Virus record (IMG/VR): IMGVR_UViG_3300044858_003284 | Reading direction: 5' to 3' (one strand) | Length of the DNA stretch: 64,000 nucleotides | Source of the DNA: a virus | Shown: positions 46,192 through 56,431 of the stretch, one piece after another | Position numbering within the stretch: the stretch's first letter is position 1 | How the letters are laid out: every line of letters begins with the position of its first letter | Notes under the pieces: generated by a model | The model's database searches: none | What the model saw: only the letters and a program-made list of their open reading frames with translations | What the model was told of the DNA's origin: nothing | Made by a program: the position numbers and the translations under genes

Positions 46192-47979
46192 ATGACTGAA
46201 TACCTAGGCATTAAAATAGATTTACAAAGAGATAAATTGTTTGATGAACTTGGCATTAAAAGACTTAAAGAAAGTTACATGAAGGAAGATGAAGAATCAC
46301 CACAACACAGATTCGCATTTGTATCGAAATCGTTTAGTTCCAATCCGGAACACGCACAGAGATTATACGACTACGCTAGCAAACATTGGCTGTCTTATTC
46401 TACTCCCATTCTTTCTTTTGGTCGTTCTAAGCGTGGTATGCCTATATCATGCTTTCTTAATTACATTGAAGATACTGCGGAGGGACTAGTTGATAACCTA
46501 TCAGAAACTAATTGGCTTTCTATGCTCGGGGGTGGTGTTGGCATTGGCTTTGGTATTCGTTCAGCAGACGATAAATCTACTGGTGTCATGCCTCACCTCA
46601 AAATCTATGACGCCAGTTCTTTGGCATACCGGCAAGGTCGCACTCGCAGGGGCAGTTATGCTGCTTACCTCAGCATTTCTCATCCAGATATTATCCCTTT
46701 CTTAGAGATGCGGAAGCCGACAGGCGACCCTAATGTTCGTTGTTTGAATCTACACCATGGTATTAATATCACTGATGATTTTATGAACATCATTGAAAAG
46801 TGTATGTTGGATCCTGAAGCAAAAGATGATTGGGAATTAAAAGACCCACACTCAGGTGAAGTCCGTGAAGTTGTATCAGCAAAAGAACTTTGGCAAAAAA
46901 TTCTAGAGCTTCGTATGATGACCGGTGAACCATACATTCATTACATCGATACAAGTAACCGTGAACTACCAGAATTTCTCAAAGATAAAGGTTTGAAGAT
47001 TCACCAATCAAATCTTTGTTCAGAGATTATTCTACCTACAAACGAAGAGCGCACAGCAGTATGTTGCCTATCTTCATTGAACTTGGAGAACTATGATGAA
47101 TGGAAGTCTGAACCATTATTTCTCAAAGACGTTGCCGAAATGCTTGATAACGTCCTTAATTACTTCATCGCTAATGCTCCTGATGCTATCGCTCGTGCAA
47201 GATATAGTGCCGAAAGAGAACGTTCTATCGGTATCGGTGCTCTTGGGTTCCATGCTTATCTACAGCGTAATGGCATTGCTTTTGAAGGAGTAATGGCCAA
47301 AGTTGCAAACAACAGAATGTTCAAACACATTAAAGAAGGATTAGATGTTGCAAATATTGAATTGGGTAAAGAACGTGGTGAAGCACCAGATGCAGTCGGC
47401 ACCGGCCGCAGGTTTAGTCATGTTATGGCTATCGCTCCTAATGCTAGTAGCTCTATCATTATGGGTAATACATCACCTAGTGTTGAGCCATACCGTGCTA
47501 ATGCTTATCGGCAAGATACACTATCTGGTGCTTACTTAAACAAGAATCGTTGGTTGGATGTTATCATCAAAGAGAAAGCAAAAGACGAAGAAGAATATAA
47601 TGAAATTTGGTCGTCTATCATTGCGAATGATGGTTCAGTTCAGCATTTAGATATACTCGATGAAGCAGTTAAAGATGTATTCAAAACATCTATGGAAATT
47701 GATCAACGATGGGTGATTGATTTGGCTGCTGATCGTCAAGCATATATCGACCAAGCACAATCACTCAATCTGTTCTTTAGACCAGATGCACACATCAAAT
47801 ATATTCATGCTATTCATTTCATGGCATGGAAAAAAGGATTGAAAACTTTGTATTATTGCCGTTCAGAGAAGATTGGTAAAGCTGATAAAGTATCCAAAAA
47901 GATTGAACGACAAGTAATTAAAGAATTGGACATGGAACAAATAGCACAAGGTAATGACTGTATTGCTTGCGAAGGTTAA
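46192..47979 (+). CDS. nrdA: Ribonucleotide reductase class I alpha
   Basis: SCFL, SNLCSEI, APNASSS, TLYYCR, C-terminal CIACEG. Confidence 0.96.
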   Translation: MTEYLGIKIDLQRDKLFDELGIKRLKESYMKEDEESPQHRFAFVSKSFSSNPEHAQRLYDYASKHWLSYSTPILSFGRSKRGMPISCFLNYIEDTAEGLVDNLSETNWLSMLGGGVGIGFGIRSADDKSTGVMPHLKIYDASSLAYRQGRTRRGSYAAYLSISHPDIIPFLEMRKPTGDPNVRCLNLHHGINITDDFMNIIEKCMLDPEAKDDWELKDPHSGEVREVVSAKELWQKILELRMMTGEPYIHYIDTSNRELPEFLKDKGLKIHQSNLCSEIILPTNEERTAVCCLSSLNLENYDEWKSEPLFLKDVAEMLDNVLNYFIANAPDAIARARYSAERERSIGIGALGFHAYLQRNGIAFEGVMAKVANNRMFKHIKEGLDVANIELGKERGEAPDAVGTGRRFSHVMAIAPNASSSIIMGNTSPSVEPYRANAYRQDTLSGAYLNKNRWLDVIIKEKAKDEEEYNEIWSSIIANDGSVQHLDILDEAVKDVFKTSMEIDQRWVIDLAADRQAYIDQAQSLNLFFRPDAHIKYIHAIHFMAWKKGLKTLYYCRSEKIGKADKVSKKIERQVIKELDMEQIAQGNDCIACEG

Positions 47980-47996
47980 TTTAAGGAAAAACAATA

Positions 47997-48983
47997 ATGA
48001 TAAAAAAAATAGAATCAAATCTTTCGGAAGAACGCAATTATTTCAAACCTTTTAATTATCCATGGGCATATGAAGCTTGGTTGAAACATGAGCAATCTCA
48101 TTGGTTACACACCGAAGTTCCTATGGCTGAAGATGTAAAAGATTGGAAGAAAAAATTAAGTAAAGAAGAAAAAACATTTTTAACTCAAATATTCCGTTTC
48201 TTTACACAAGGTGATATTGATGTGGCTGGTGGATATGTTAAGAATTATCTGCCATACTTTCCACAACCAGAAATTCGTATGATGCTAACAGGATTCGCTG
48301 CCAGAGAGGCGTTACACATTGCAGCTTACTCACACCTCATTGAAACACTAGGTCTACCTGAAACCACATACAATGAGTTCCTAGAGTATGAAGCGATGCG
48401 TGAGAAACATGATTACATTATGGACATCTCTAGTAAGAATACCACAAGAGAGAATACTGCCACACATATTGCTGTGTTCTCCGCCTTTACTGAAGGTATG
48501 CAATTGTTTAGTTCGTTCATCATGTTATTAAACTTTGCTCGTCATGGTAAAATGAAAGGTATGGGACAAATTATTACTTGGTCGATTGTTGATGAAACTC
48601 AACACGCAGAATCCATGATTAAATTATTCAGAACATACATAGAAGAAAATCGTGAGATTTGGAATGATGAACTCAAAGGAAAAATCTACACGGTTGCTGA
48701 GAGAATGGTTCAACTAGAAGATAAGTTTATTGACCTAGCATTTGGTGTAAATCAAATGGAAGGACTCTCAGCAGAAGATGTTAAGAAGTATATTCGTTAT
48801 ATTGCAGACCGCCGATTGATTTCATTAGGACTCAAAGGTGTGTTTAAAGTGAAAAAGAATCCTCTACCATGGGTAGAAGAAATGATTAACGCACCAACAC
48901 ATACTAATTTCTTTGAAAATCGTGCTACTGACTATGCAAAAGGAGCTTTGTCTGGAAATTGGGGAGATGTTTGGGCTCATTAA
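47997..48983 (+). CDS. nrdB: Ribonucleotide reductase class I beta
   Basis: EALHIAAY, DETQH, NFFE. Confidence 0.96.
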   Translation: MIKKIESNLSEERNYFKPFNYPWAYEAWLKHEQSHWLHTEVPMAEDVKDWKKKLSKEEKTFLTQIFRFFTQGDIDVAGGYVKNYLPYFPQPEIRMMLTGFAAREALHIAAYSHLIETLGLPETTYNEFLEYEAMREKHDYIMDISSKNTTRENTATHIAVFSAFTEGMQLFSSFIMLLNFARHGKMKGMGQIITWSIVDETQHAESMIKLFRTYIEENREIWNDELKGKIYTVAERMVQLEDKFIDLAFGVNQMEGLSAEDVKKYIRYIADRRLISLGLKGVFKVKKNPLPWVEEMINAPTHTNFFENRATDYAKGALSGNWGDVWAH

Positions 48984-48992
48984 GGAATTTAA

Positions 48993-49181
48993 ATGACAAA
49001 CAAATCATTATCAGGTGAATGCCTGAGTTGTGAATCAACTTATAACGTATCGTATATGGAAGAAATGGTATCTCAAGACTTACCAGAACATTGTCCATTC
49101 TGTGGTGAACAAATCGAAGAATTATCCGAGGACTATATAGAGGATGATGACGATGATTTGGACACTAAGGAATGGGACTAA
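48993..49181 (+). CDS. Zinc-ribbon protein
   Basis: CLSC...CPFCG, acidic tail. Confidence 0.75.
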   Translation: MTNKSLSGECLSCESTYNVSYMEEMVSQDLPEHCPFCGEQIEELSEDYIEDDDDDLDTKEWD

Positions 49182-49585
49182 ACTGGCAATATGATGGTAA
49201 AGATTTTACGGAAGACTTGATTGGTGATAATTACGGGTTCGTGTATCAGATTACTAATCTGACGAATGGTAAAAAATACATAGGCAAGAAATTTTTTTAT
49301 TCTACCAAAACCAAACAAGTCAAAGGTAAAAAGAAAAAACTCAAAGTCCAATCTAATTGGCAAACTTACTATGGAAGTAGTGACATCTTACAGAAAGATG
49401 TGTTACAATTAGGACATGAAAAATTTGTCCGTGAAATACTTCATTTATGTAAATCAAAAGGTGAATGTGGTTATCTCGAAGCAAAAGAGCAATTTGTTCG
49501 TGGTGTAATGGAAAGCGATGACTATTACAATACATGGATAATGGTACGAGTTAGAAAATCACATATAAAAGGATTACAATGTTAG
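49172..49585 (+). CDS. GIY-YIG-like endonuclease (Seg-like)
   Basis: GFVYQITNLTNGKKYIGKK, YYGSS. Confidence 0.75.
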   Translation: MGLNWQYDGKDFTEDLIGDNYGFVYQITNLTNGKKYIGKKFFYSTKTKQVKGKKKKLKVQSNWQTYYGSSDILQKDVLQLGHEKFVREILHLCKSKGECGYLEAKEQFVRGVMESDDYYNTWIMVRVRKSHIKGLQC

Positions 49586-49926
49586 AAATGTTAAAGCCTC
49601 TGAAAGATGAAAAATTAGATTTTCTTTATTTTTTGGCAGGTGAAACAGAAGATCAAATTCACATCATGAGTTCACAGTATGCAAATCCTGGTGAAAAGAT
49701 TGGTGGAAATTCATTAGGTGATTTATATCACATTGTATTGTTCCGTGAGAGTAAAGAGAATTCGGAAGAATATGATGATGTTGATGAATTTGAAGCAATT
49801 CTTGCCTGTCCGTTAGAATACGCTTCTGGTTTAATACCAGGTGGATTTTTTGGTATAATTGCCAGAAAGACTACCACATCAGACAAACTCGTAAACAAAA
49901 TTCTTGCCTTAATGAAAAAGAAGTGA
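49579..49926 (+). CDS. Hypothetical protein
   Basis: AAGGA RBS. Confidence 0.6.
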   Translation: MLEMLKPLKDEKLDFLYFLAGETEDQIHIMSSQYANPGEKIGGNSLGDLYHIVLFRESKENSEEYDDVDEFEAILACPLEYASGLIPGGFFGIIARKTTTSDKLVNKILALMKKK

Positions 49927-49959
49927 TATAATATAATTTTGAAACTGTGAAAGTTTGTT

Positions 49960-50805
49960 ATGATTCTCGTTGACTTAAATCAAGTATTACTGGCCGGTCT
50001 TATGGCTCAAATTGCCAACCATAAAGGCAAATTAGATGAAAACCTAATTCGTCATATGGTGTTAAACATCATTCGTAATCACCTGAAGAACTTTAGAGGT
50101 GAATATGGTGAAGTTGTTCTTTGTTGTGATAACCGTAAATACTGGCGCAAAGAATTCTTTCCATTCTACAAAGCATCTCGCAAAAAGAATCGTGAAAAGT
50201 CGGATTTAGATTGGCATCTGATTTTCGACATTCTTGCTAAACTAAAGCAAGAACTCAAAGAAAATTTCCCATATAAAGTAATTGATGTAGAAGGTGCCGA
50301 AGCGGATGATATCATTGGCACCCTGGTACCAATTTATTCACCACACCAAAAGGTTTTGATTCTTTCAAGTGATGGTGACTTTCTACAATTACAAATGTAT
50401 GGTGAGAATGTCAAACAATACAACCCATCTCAAAAGAAATTCATAAAGTCTATAGACCCACTCTCAGAACTAAAAGAGAAAATCATTCGTGGCGACAAAG
50501 GTGATGGCATACCAAACATTTTCTCTCCAGCTGATTGTTTTGTCCGTGATTTAAGACAGAAACCTATTACTCAAAAGGTCATTGAGAAATACATGGCCGA
50601 ACATTATGGTGAATGGCAAGATGAATCAGCGAGAACTGGTTTCTCTCGTAACCAGACACTAATCGATCTTAGAAACATTCCCGGCGACATCAAACAGAAA
50701 ATTATAAATAGTTATGAGGAGACAAAACCTGCCAGAGGTAAGTTACTCAATTATTTTATTGAACATAAACTGAAAAATCTGATGGAAGTGATCGAGGAAT
50801 TTTAA
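49960..50805 (+). CDS. rnh: T4 RNase H (5'-3' exonuclease)
   Basis: YWRK..FP.YKA.R, EADD, SSDGDF, GDKGDGIPN. Confidence 0.95.
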   Translation: MILVDLNQVLLAGLMAQIANHKGKLDENLIRHMVLNIIRNHLKNFRGEYGEVVLCCDNRKYWRKEFFPFYKASRKKNREKSDLDWHLIFDILAKLKQELKENFPYKVIDVEGAEADDIIGTLVPIYSPHQKVLILSSDGDFLQLQMYGENVKQYNPSQKKFIKSIDPLSELKEKIIRGDKGDGIPNIFSPADCFVRDLRQKPITQKVIEKYMAEHYGEWQDESARTGFSRNQTLIDLRNIPGDIKQKIINSYEETKPARGKLLNYFIEHKLKNLMEVIEEF

Positions 50806-51227
50806 TGAAGAACATTTATGAAATATTTGATGAATTTGAAGAAGCTACATCTAAAAAAGACAGAATGGCGGTAATTGAAAAGAATTTATCAAAAACATTG
50901 GTACAAGTTTTAGAATTGGCATTTCATCCAGCATATGAATGGTTAATAACCGAAATGCCGGTTGAATATAAGATACCTGATACATTACCTGGAGTTTCAA
51001 GGTGTCAGTTATCAACAGAAATTCGAAAATTGTATTTGTTTAGAAAAGGTGATGCATCTGCTGAAAAATTGTCGGATGAAAAGAGAAAACAATTACTATT
51101 ACAGTTAATTGAATCTATTGAACCGAGAGAAGCAGAAGTTGTTATTGGTATATTGAGTAAAGACTTAGGTGTTAAAGGTTTAAACTATAAGTTTGTCAAA
51201 GAGGCTTTTCCACAACTTTTACCATAA
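50805..51227 (+). CDS. Conserved T4-like hypothetical protein
   Basis: QLIESIEPREAE...VKEAFP. Confidence 0.7.
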   Translation: MKNIYEIFDEFEEATSKKDRMAVIEKNLSKTLVQVLELAFHPAYEWLITEMPVEYKIPDTLPGVSRCQLSTEIRKLYLFRKGDASAEKLSDEKRKQLLLQLIESIEPREAEVVIGILSKDLGVKGLNYKFVKEAFPQLLP

Positions 51228-51598
51228 TGTATCCGAAAGACAGAATAATAGTAGTAACAGGAAAATTTGATCCACTAACAAATCACGAATTAAGTTATCT
51301 ACAGAAGTGTAGGAGAAAAGGTGATTGGCTTGTTGTCGGTGTTCATTCAGATTGGTACTTAGCCTGGTGTGATGGTGGCTTTATGCAAAACTACGAATCA
51401 CGCAGAAATATCATAAAAGCTCTAAAATGCGTAGATGAAGTCTTTTCATTTAACGATTCTGATGGCACCGTCTGCCAACTTCTCAAAATTATAAAAGCTT
51501 GTTATCCTGATGCAAATATAACTTATATTTCTGAAGATGACATGTTTAATATGCCAGAAACAAAAATAAAAGGCATCAATTTTGAAACCATGAGATAG
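51227..51598 (+). CDS. Cytidylyltransferase-like protein (degenerate HIGH)
   Basis: GKFDPLTNHE, VVGVHSD, LKCVDEV. Confidence 0.75.
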   Translation: MYPKDRIIVVTGKFDPLTNHELSYLQKCRRKGDWLVVGVHSDWYLAWCDGGFMQNYESRRNIIKALKCVDEVFSFNDSDGTVCQLLKIIKACYPDANITYISEDDMFNMPETKIKGINFETMR

Positions 51599-51607
51599 GA
51601 GAACTAA

Positions 51608-51790
51608 GTGACAAAATTTGTAGGCAAGTTTCGTAAAAATAAAGACTACAATGATGATTATAACTACGCCAAAACAGCATTACACACAAAAAGACGTAGA
51701 GGCGAACATCCAGAAGTAAAAAAGCAGTTAAAGCATTGGCAAGACGAAGAATACGAAGAATTAGAAATTTCACATAGTAAGAATTTGTAA
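51608..51790 (+). CDS. Hypothetical protein
   Basis: AGGAG RBS, GTG start. Confidence 0.6.
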   Translation: MTKFVGKFRKNKDYNDDYNYAKTALHTKRRRGEHPEVKKQLKHWQDEEYEELEISHSKNL

Positions 51791-51864
51791 GTTTACCACT
51801 ATTTTTTCGATTTTTGAGCATAAGTAAGTATGCTGCCGTTTCAAATAAAAGGTATTGGTATTAA

Positions 51865-51917
51865 TGTTGTTCCAATACAACACATCTATTGACTTATTCT
51901 CTTTTCCGTGATACAAT
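51865..51917 (+). promoter_or_regulatory. Palindromic operator plus sigma70 promoter
   Basis: TGTTGT-N6-ACAACA; TTGACT-17-TACAAT. Confidence 0.7.
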
Positions 51918-51943
51918 GGTTCTTCTACAATGGAGAATTGTTT

Positions 51944-52288
51944 ATGATGATCTACGGATATATTCCAAAATCCAAAAAACGTAAAGTTTCAAAGTTAGTT
52001 CAACAGCGTAATGCAGAATGGTTGGCTTCTATCGAAGCAATATCACCAAAACGTAATATTACCACTTCCATCAAAAAATCAATCACAGATTATTCTCCAA
52101 AGATTCCTCCTGGCCGTGAAACTCCCCGTTATGCGTCCTCAGATACAGGTTTTGTGCCTTGCACGAAAAAACTTCCATTTTCTTATACAGGTGACAAAAT
52201 GAAAGGTGTGGCAACAATGCACAAGTCAAATGCCGTGCCGGTTTTCACGGATATAGAAGCAAAAGAAATTTCTAGCATGCGGAGATAG
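51944..52288 (+). CDS. Conserved hypothetical protein
   Basis: YTGD...ATMHKSNAVPVF, GGAG RBS. Confidence 0.7.
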   Translation: MMIYGYIPKSKKRKVSKLVQQRNAEWLASIEAISPKRNITTSIKKSITDYSPKIPPGRETPRYASSDTGFVPCTKKLPFSYTGDKMKGVATMHKSNAVPVFTDIEAKEISSMRR

Positions 52289-52294
52289 TCAAAA

Positions 52295-52462
52295 ATGAAT
52301 CCAAAAGGTTGGAATAATGAAGATTGGGACGATTATGAGGAATATTTGCAAAATTTGTCTGCCAAGGAGCTAGAAATTGAGTTAAAATTGCTTAAATCGC
52401 TCGGAGAAGCGAAAAAAGAAGGCAAAATTATCGTTCCGAATGAAACTTTTTATAAAATGTGA
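52295..52462 (+). CDS. Hypothetical protein
   Basis: GGAG RBS, 55 aa. Confidence 0.5.
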   Translation: MNPKGWNNEDWDDYEEYLQNLSAKELEIELKLLKSLGEAKKEGKIIVPNETFYKM

Positions 52463-52469
52463 GGTAAAT

Positions 52470-52658
52470 ATGTTAACACAATGGGAAGAAACGCAAATTT
52501 ATCGTGGAATTGACGAAATTATGCATAATCTGCGTCATATACCAGCTGATGATGTCGCTCATTTTCTGGTAAAATTCAATCCGAAGCTTGCCGAAGAGCT
52601 GGCAACTGCAATTGAGCAACGAATTTTCGATAAAATAGAAGGAAAAAGACATGAATGA
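52470..52658 (+). CDS. Hypothetical protein
   Basis: GAGG RBS. Confidence 0.6.
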   Translation: MLTQWEETQIYRGIDEIMHNLRHIPADDVAHFLVKFNPKLAEELATAIEQRIFDKIEGKRHE

Positions 52659-52812
52659 GATTCCTCAAAATATTTGGATGTCAGCGATTGCAGAAGATGA
52701 AGAAATTCCTGCGTGGAAACGCTTGGATATCGTAACTCGCAAGTGGGCTGTTTTGTCTGGAATGGAAAAAGACTTAAATGACTATCAAAAACGCAAAGAA
52801 TATTACCAATAA
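52651..52812 (+). CDS. Hypothetical protein
   Basis: AAGGA RBS, 53 aa. Confidence 0.5.
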   Translation: MNEIPQNIWMSAIAEDEEIPAWKRLDIVTRKWAVLSGMEKDLNDYQKRKEYYQ

Positions 52813-52984
52813 GAGATATTCAACAAAAATTGTTGATGCAAACGATGGTACGGGTGATGGTATTCTAATTCTTCCTGAAGAAATTGTGAAATACAATCAT
52901 TGGAAAGAAGGACAGGCCATTGAAATGGAATATAGAGAAGGAAAACTCTACCTAAAAGCCTTACCGGAACAGAGTGTTGCTTAA
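52778..52984 (+). CDS. AbrB/MazE-like DNA-binding protein
   Basis: GILILPEEI....WKEGQ.I. Confidence 0.65.
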   Translation: MTIKNAKNITNKRYSTKIVDANDGTGDGILILPEEIVKYNHWKEGQAIEMEYREGKLYLKALPEQSVA

Positions 52985-53037
52985 AAACAACAGTATGAAA
53001 GTTACCGCTTGACGGTAGATGATTTTTATGAGATAAT
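52975..53037 (+). promoter_or_regulatory. Palindromic operator plus sigma70 promoter
   Basis: TGTTGC-N6-ACAACA; TTGACG-17-GATAAT. Confidence 0.65.
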
Positions 53038-53060
53038 ACTATTATTAACTCGGAGAATCT

Positions 53061-55169
53061 ATGGAACTAATTCAATCTAAATCACTACTTGCCAAACTAA
53101 TGGCAAATGAAAATCTTACTATCGAACAGCGTAACACTAACACTGCTGCATTTGATGTAAAGAATCGTATTCTTACGGTTCCTGTCCTTGACAAAAATAT
53201 CTCAGGTTATCTCTATGACCTTTTTCTAGGTCATGAAGTTGGTCATGCACTCTATACTCCGTTAGATGGTATGATGAAAGCACACGAAGAAAAAATACCA
53301 ATGGGTATTATGAATGTGTTAGAAGATTCTCGTATTGAACGTAAAATCAAAAACAAATATCCTGGCATTCGTACCTCTTTTGTTCGTGGTTATCGTGAGT
53401 TGATTGAAAAAGATTTCTTTGGTACCAACGGTGTCGATTTGAATGATATGAATTTTATTGACCGTGTAAATCTCTACACCAAAGGCGGTGCAGCACAAGG
53501 TATTAAATTCAATGATGAAGAACGTGGTTTAGTTAATGAGATTGAATCTACTGAAACATATGATGATGTAATCCAGTTAGCATACAAAATAATGGCGTAT
53601 ATGAAAAAAGAAAAAGAAGAACGCCAAGTAACTATTCCTGAATTCGAAGAAGATCCAGATGGTGATTTTTCGGCCGATGGTTATGAAGATTCGGATGAGT
53701 TTGATGATGAAACAATTGAAAAGTTTGGTCAACCAAATTCAAACACCGATGAATCGATGGAAGAAATTGATGATGGTCGTAAACAAGATTTACGTGGCCA
53801 CGAAGGTGGTGATGAATCTGGTTTAGATTCTCAAACAGATAAATCGTATCGTCAGAATGAAAGCAAACTATTTGAATCAAGTAACAGGCATTTCTATTAT
53901 GGTAATATCAACGATATCGATTTGAAGAAAGCCGTTGTACCATACAAACAATTGTGGACTGAATACAAAAACGATTTGGCCAAATACAGTATTTCTGGTA
54001 TCGATACAAATGAATTCTTAAAAATTCGTAATGATGCTAAAAAAGTTGTAAGTTATTTGGCTAAAGAATTCGAGTTGCGTAAGAATGCCGACCAACAAAA
54101 ACGTGCATCGATTGCCAAAACTGGTGAACTGAATCTCAACAAAGTTTATGCTTATAAATTCACCGAAGATATTTTCAAACGCATGACTGTGTTACCAGAA
54201 GGCAAATCACATGGTCTCGTAATGTTCCTTGATTGGTCTGGTTCTATGTCTGACCACATGGAAAACACCATGAAGCAATTAATCAATCTGGTCATGTTCT
54301 GTAAGAAAGTAAATATTCCTTACGAAGTATATGCTTTTACTTCTGAACATTCTGATAAGTATAATGTTGAATTCAAAGAAGGTGATTTAGATTTACATGG
54401 TTTCAAACTAATGAATTTGTTATCAAGTAAAATGTCCGCTTCTGAATTCACATACGCTTGTTCTGCTTTGGTGTGTTCTGCTAAACCTAGAGCAATGCGA
54501 CCACACTGGATGCAACTCGGTGGTACTCCATTGTATGAGAGTGTAATTGCTGCCATGAAGATTATTCCAGAATTTCAGAAGAATTACAAATTACAAATTG
54601 TAAACACCGTGTTTCTTACCGATGGCGAAGGCAATCCTGTAAGAAATATTATGTTCTCACATACAAATAGTGATGGCAAAGAACAACGTTTATCTGGTTA
54701 CAACAATGCAGATTTGGATTTCGGTAATTCATATGGTAGAGATAAAGTTTTCGTGATTCGTGATCCAATTACTAAACACGAAGAAAAAGTTTACAATGGT
54801 TATGGTAATGAGTTGATGAGTGCTTATATCAAAATGTTGAAAGTAAGAACACAATGTAATATCATTGGTTTCTATGTGTTATCTGGCCGTGAGTTTGGTC
54901 GTGTTGCACATAACTTTTATCCAAGATCATCAGATCATGCCAAACTAAAAGCAGAGTTTCGTAAAGAGAAATATAAGATTGTGACCAATGCTGGTTTCGA
55001 TGAATATTATCTCTTACGATCAGAAGGCCTAGATACGGATGATGATACTGAATTCGTTGTAAAAGAAAATGCAACCACTCGTGGTCTTGTATCCGCTTTT
55101 ACAAAGTATGCAGGTAATCGTTTATCAAACCGTGTTGTATTAAATCGATTTATTGGACTTATTGCATGA
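53061..55169 (+). CDS. Metallopeptidase-vWA (CobT-like) protein
   Basis: HEVGH, EDSRIER, DWSGS MIDAS, GGTPL, LTDGE. Confidence 0.85.
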   Translation: MELIQSKSLLAKLMANENLTIEQRNTNTAAFDVKNRILTVPVLDKNISGYLYDLFLGHEVGHALYTPLDGMMKAHEEKIPMGIMNVLEDSRIERKIKNKYPGIRTSFVRGYRELIEKDFFGTNGVDLNDMNFIDRVNLYTKGGAAQGIKFNDEERGLVNEIESTETYDDVIQLAYKIMAYMKKEKEERQVTIPEFEEDPDGDFSADGYEDSDEFDDETIEKFGQPNSNTDESMEEIDDGRKQDLRGHEGGDESGLDSQTDKSYRQNESKLFESSNRHFYYGNINDIDLKKAVVPYKQLWTEYKNDLAKYSISGIDTNEFLKIRNDAKKVVSYLAKEFELRKNADQQKRASIAKTGELNLNKVYAYKFTEDIFKRMTVLPEGKSHGLVMFLDWSGSMSDHMENTMKQLINLVMFCKKVNIPYEVYAFTSEHSDKYNVEFKEGDLDLHGFKLMNLLSSKMSASEFTYACSALVCSAKPRAMRPHWMQLGGTPLYESVIAAMKIIPEFQKNYKLQIVNTVFLTDGEGNPVRNIMFSHTNSDGKEQRLSGYNNADLDFGNSYGRDKVFVIRDPITKHEEKVYNGYGNELMSAYIKMLKVRTQCNIIGFYVLSGREFGRVAHNFYPRSSDHAKLKAEFRKEKYKIVTNAGFDEYYLLRSEGLDTDDDTEFVVKENATTRGLVSAFTKYAGNRLSNRVVLNRFIGLIA

Positions 55170-55348
55170 GCAGAGAGATTGCATCATTCTTGGGTGAAGA
55201 AGGTAACCTAAAAGCTACCGTATATCACGATGAACGCTACGATAAACCTTATGTTGTTGAATACAACATTTGTGATGAATATCATGCAAAACTACATTAT
55301 GAAAATGAGAATGATGCAATCGAAGCTGCCAAGCAATTCACTTTATAA
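55166..55348 (+). CDS. Hypothetical protein
   Basis: Coupled ORF. Confidence 0.55.
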   Translation: MSREIASFLGEEGNLKATVYHDERYDKPYVVEYNICDEYHAKLHYENENDAIEAAKQFTL

Positions 55349-55356
55349 GGATTAAA

Positions 55357-55569
55357 ATGAAACTTTCCACTTTTATGAATGGTGATAAGAAAGCAATTGT
55401 TGAACGTGCTGAATACACTTATTCAATCGTATATTATCTTAATGACAAAGTAATTAAAAAAGAAACAACGAATGATTATCAGCGAGCCGAAGATTTGGCT
55501 GAAGATTATGTTTTGGCTGAAGAAAAGAAAGGTCCTGATTTTTTAGTTGAAAGGTGGAACAATGTCTAA
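55357..55569 (+). CDS. Hypothetical protein
   Basis: AEDLAEDYVL, AAGGA RBS. Confidence 0.6.
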   Translation: MKLSTFMNGDKKAIVERAEYTYSIVYYLNDKVIKKETTNDYQRAEDLAEDYVLAEEKKGPDFLVERWNNV

Positions 55570-55825
55570 TATGATTGCTGAAGATGGATTTGATCCTAAG
55601 AAGATTGCTGATGAAATGATCAAACGGTGCCTTGATGCCAGAGAATGGCACATCCAATGTTATGTGCAAGAAGAATGGTTTATTAATGGCGTTGTTCCGT
55701 TTACGATTTCTATGAAAGATGGTTTATATACGTGCAAAGTGATTGCACCAACCAGACAAGATGCAATTCGTAAAGTAGAAGAATATATGCCTGTAATTAA
55801 AATTGTAGAGAATGATGGAAAATAA
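55562..55825 (+). CDS. Hypothetical protein
   Basis: Coupled ORF. Confidence 0.6.
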   Translation: MSNMIAEDGFDPKKIADEMIKRCLDAREWHIQCYVQEEWFINGVVPFTISMKDGLYTCKVIAPTRQDAIRKVEEYMPVIKIVENDGK

Positions 55826-56099
55826 AACAAGAGAAACACTTATTATATTACAAGAAGAATGTGCCGAAGTAATTCAAGCCTCATCTAAGATATTTCGTTT
55901 TGGTTTTGATTCATGTTATCCAACCGAAGATTCACCAACAACAAGAGAATGTCTAACGATGGAACTAGGTCAATTACTTTGTATGGTTGCTTTATTGGTT
56001 GACCAGAAGGTAGTTGATGAAAATGAATTAATGAATTACATGGAACTCAAAAAGAAGAAGTTAGAAAAATGGTCGAGTATTTTCAAAGATGCATCCTGA
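55812..56099 (+). CDS. MazG-like NTP pyrophosphohydrolase
   Basis: QEECAEVIQA.SK..RFG...ELGQ. Confidence 0.7.
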   Translation: MMENKTRETLIILQEECAEVIQASSKIFRFGFDSCYPTEDSPTTRECLTMELGQLLCMVALLVDQKVVDENELMNYMELKKKKLEKWSSIFKDAS

Positions 56100-56221
56100 C
56101 GAACTATTGAAATTTCTGAAGCATCTTTTGCCTTGGGCACCTCACGGTTCATATATCAGAAATCAGATACAAAATATGATTAATCAGATAAAGGCAAGCA
56201 GGCAATAACATATATAGAGGT

Positions 56222-56431
56222 ATGTTAGAATATCTCCGTTTATCTCTCTTTATTATTGCCATTACGATGGCCTATGCCTATACGTCTAATGATGATTACC
56301 ACAAAAGATTTGACAAAATGATTGAAATACAGTATAATTGTAGTAAGTTGAGCTATGATGCTCCAATAGATGTGGTAACTATGTGTAACGATGGAAGGAG
56401 ATTTGTAATTGTTAAAGCCTATCAAGAATAA
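56222..56431 (+). CDS. Small membrane/exported protein
   Basis: N-terminal TM, GAGG RBS. Confidence 0.5.
   Translation: MLEYLRLSLFIIAITMAYAYTSNDDYHKRFDKMIEIQYNCSKLSYDAPIDVVTMCNDGRRFVIVKAYQE

Noticed and set aside
16611-48983. Introns or inteins in gp43, gp41, uvsX, gp61 or nrdAB
   Set aside because: ORFs are continuous and of expected size, with no intein motifs
49172-49585. Mobile homing endonuclease
   Set aside because: Short, with no evident DNA-binding tail or insertion signature; kept only as a CDS
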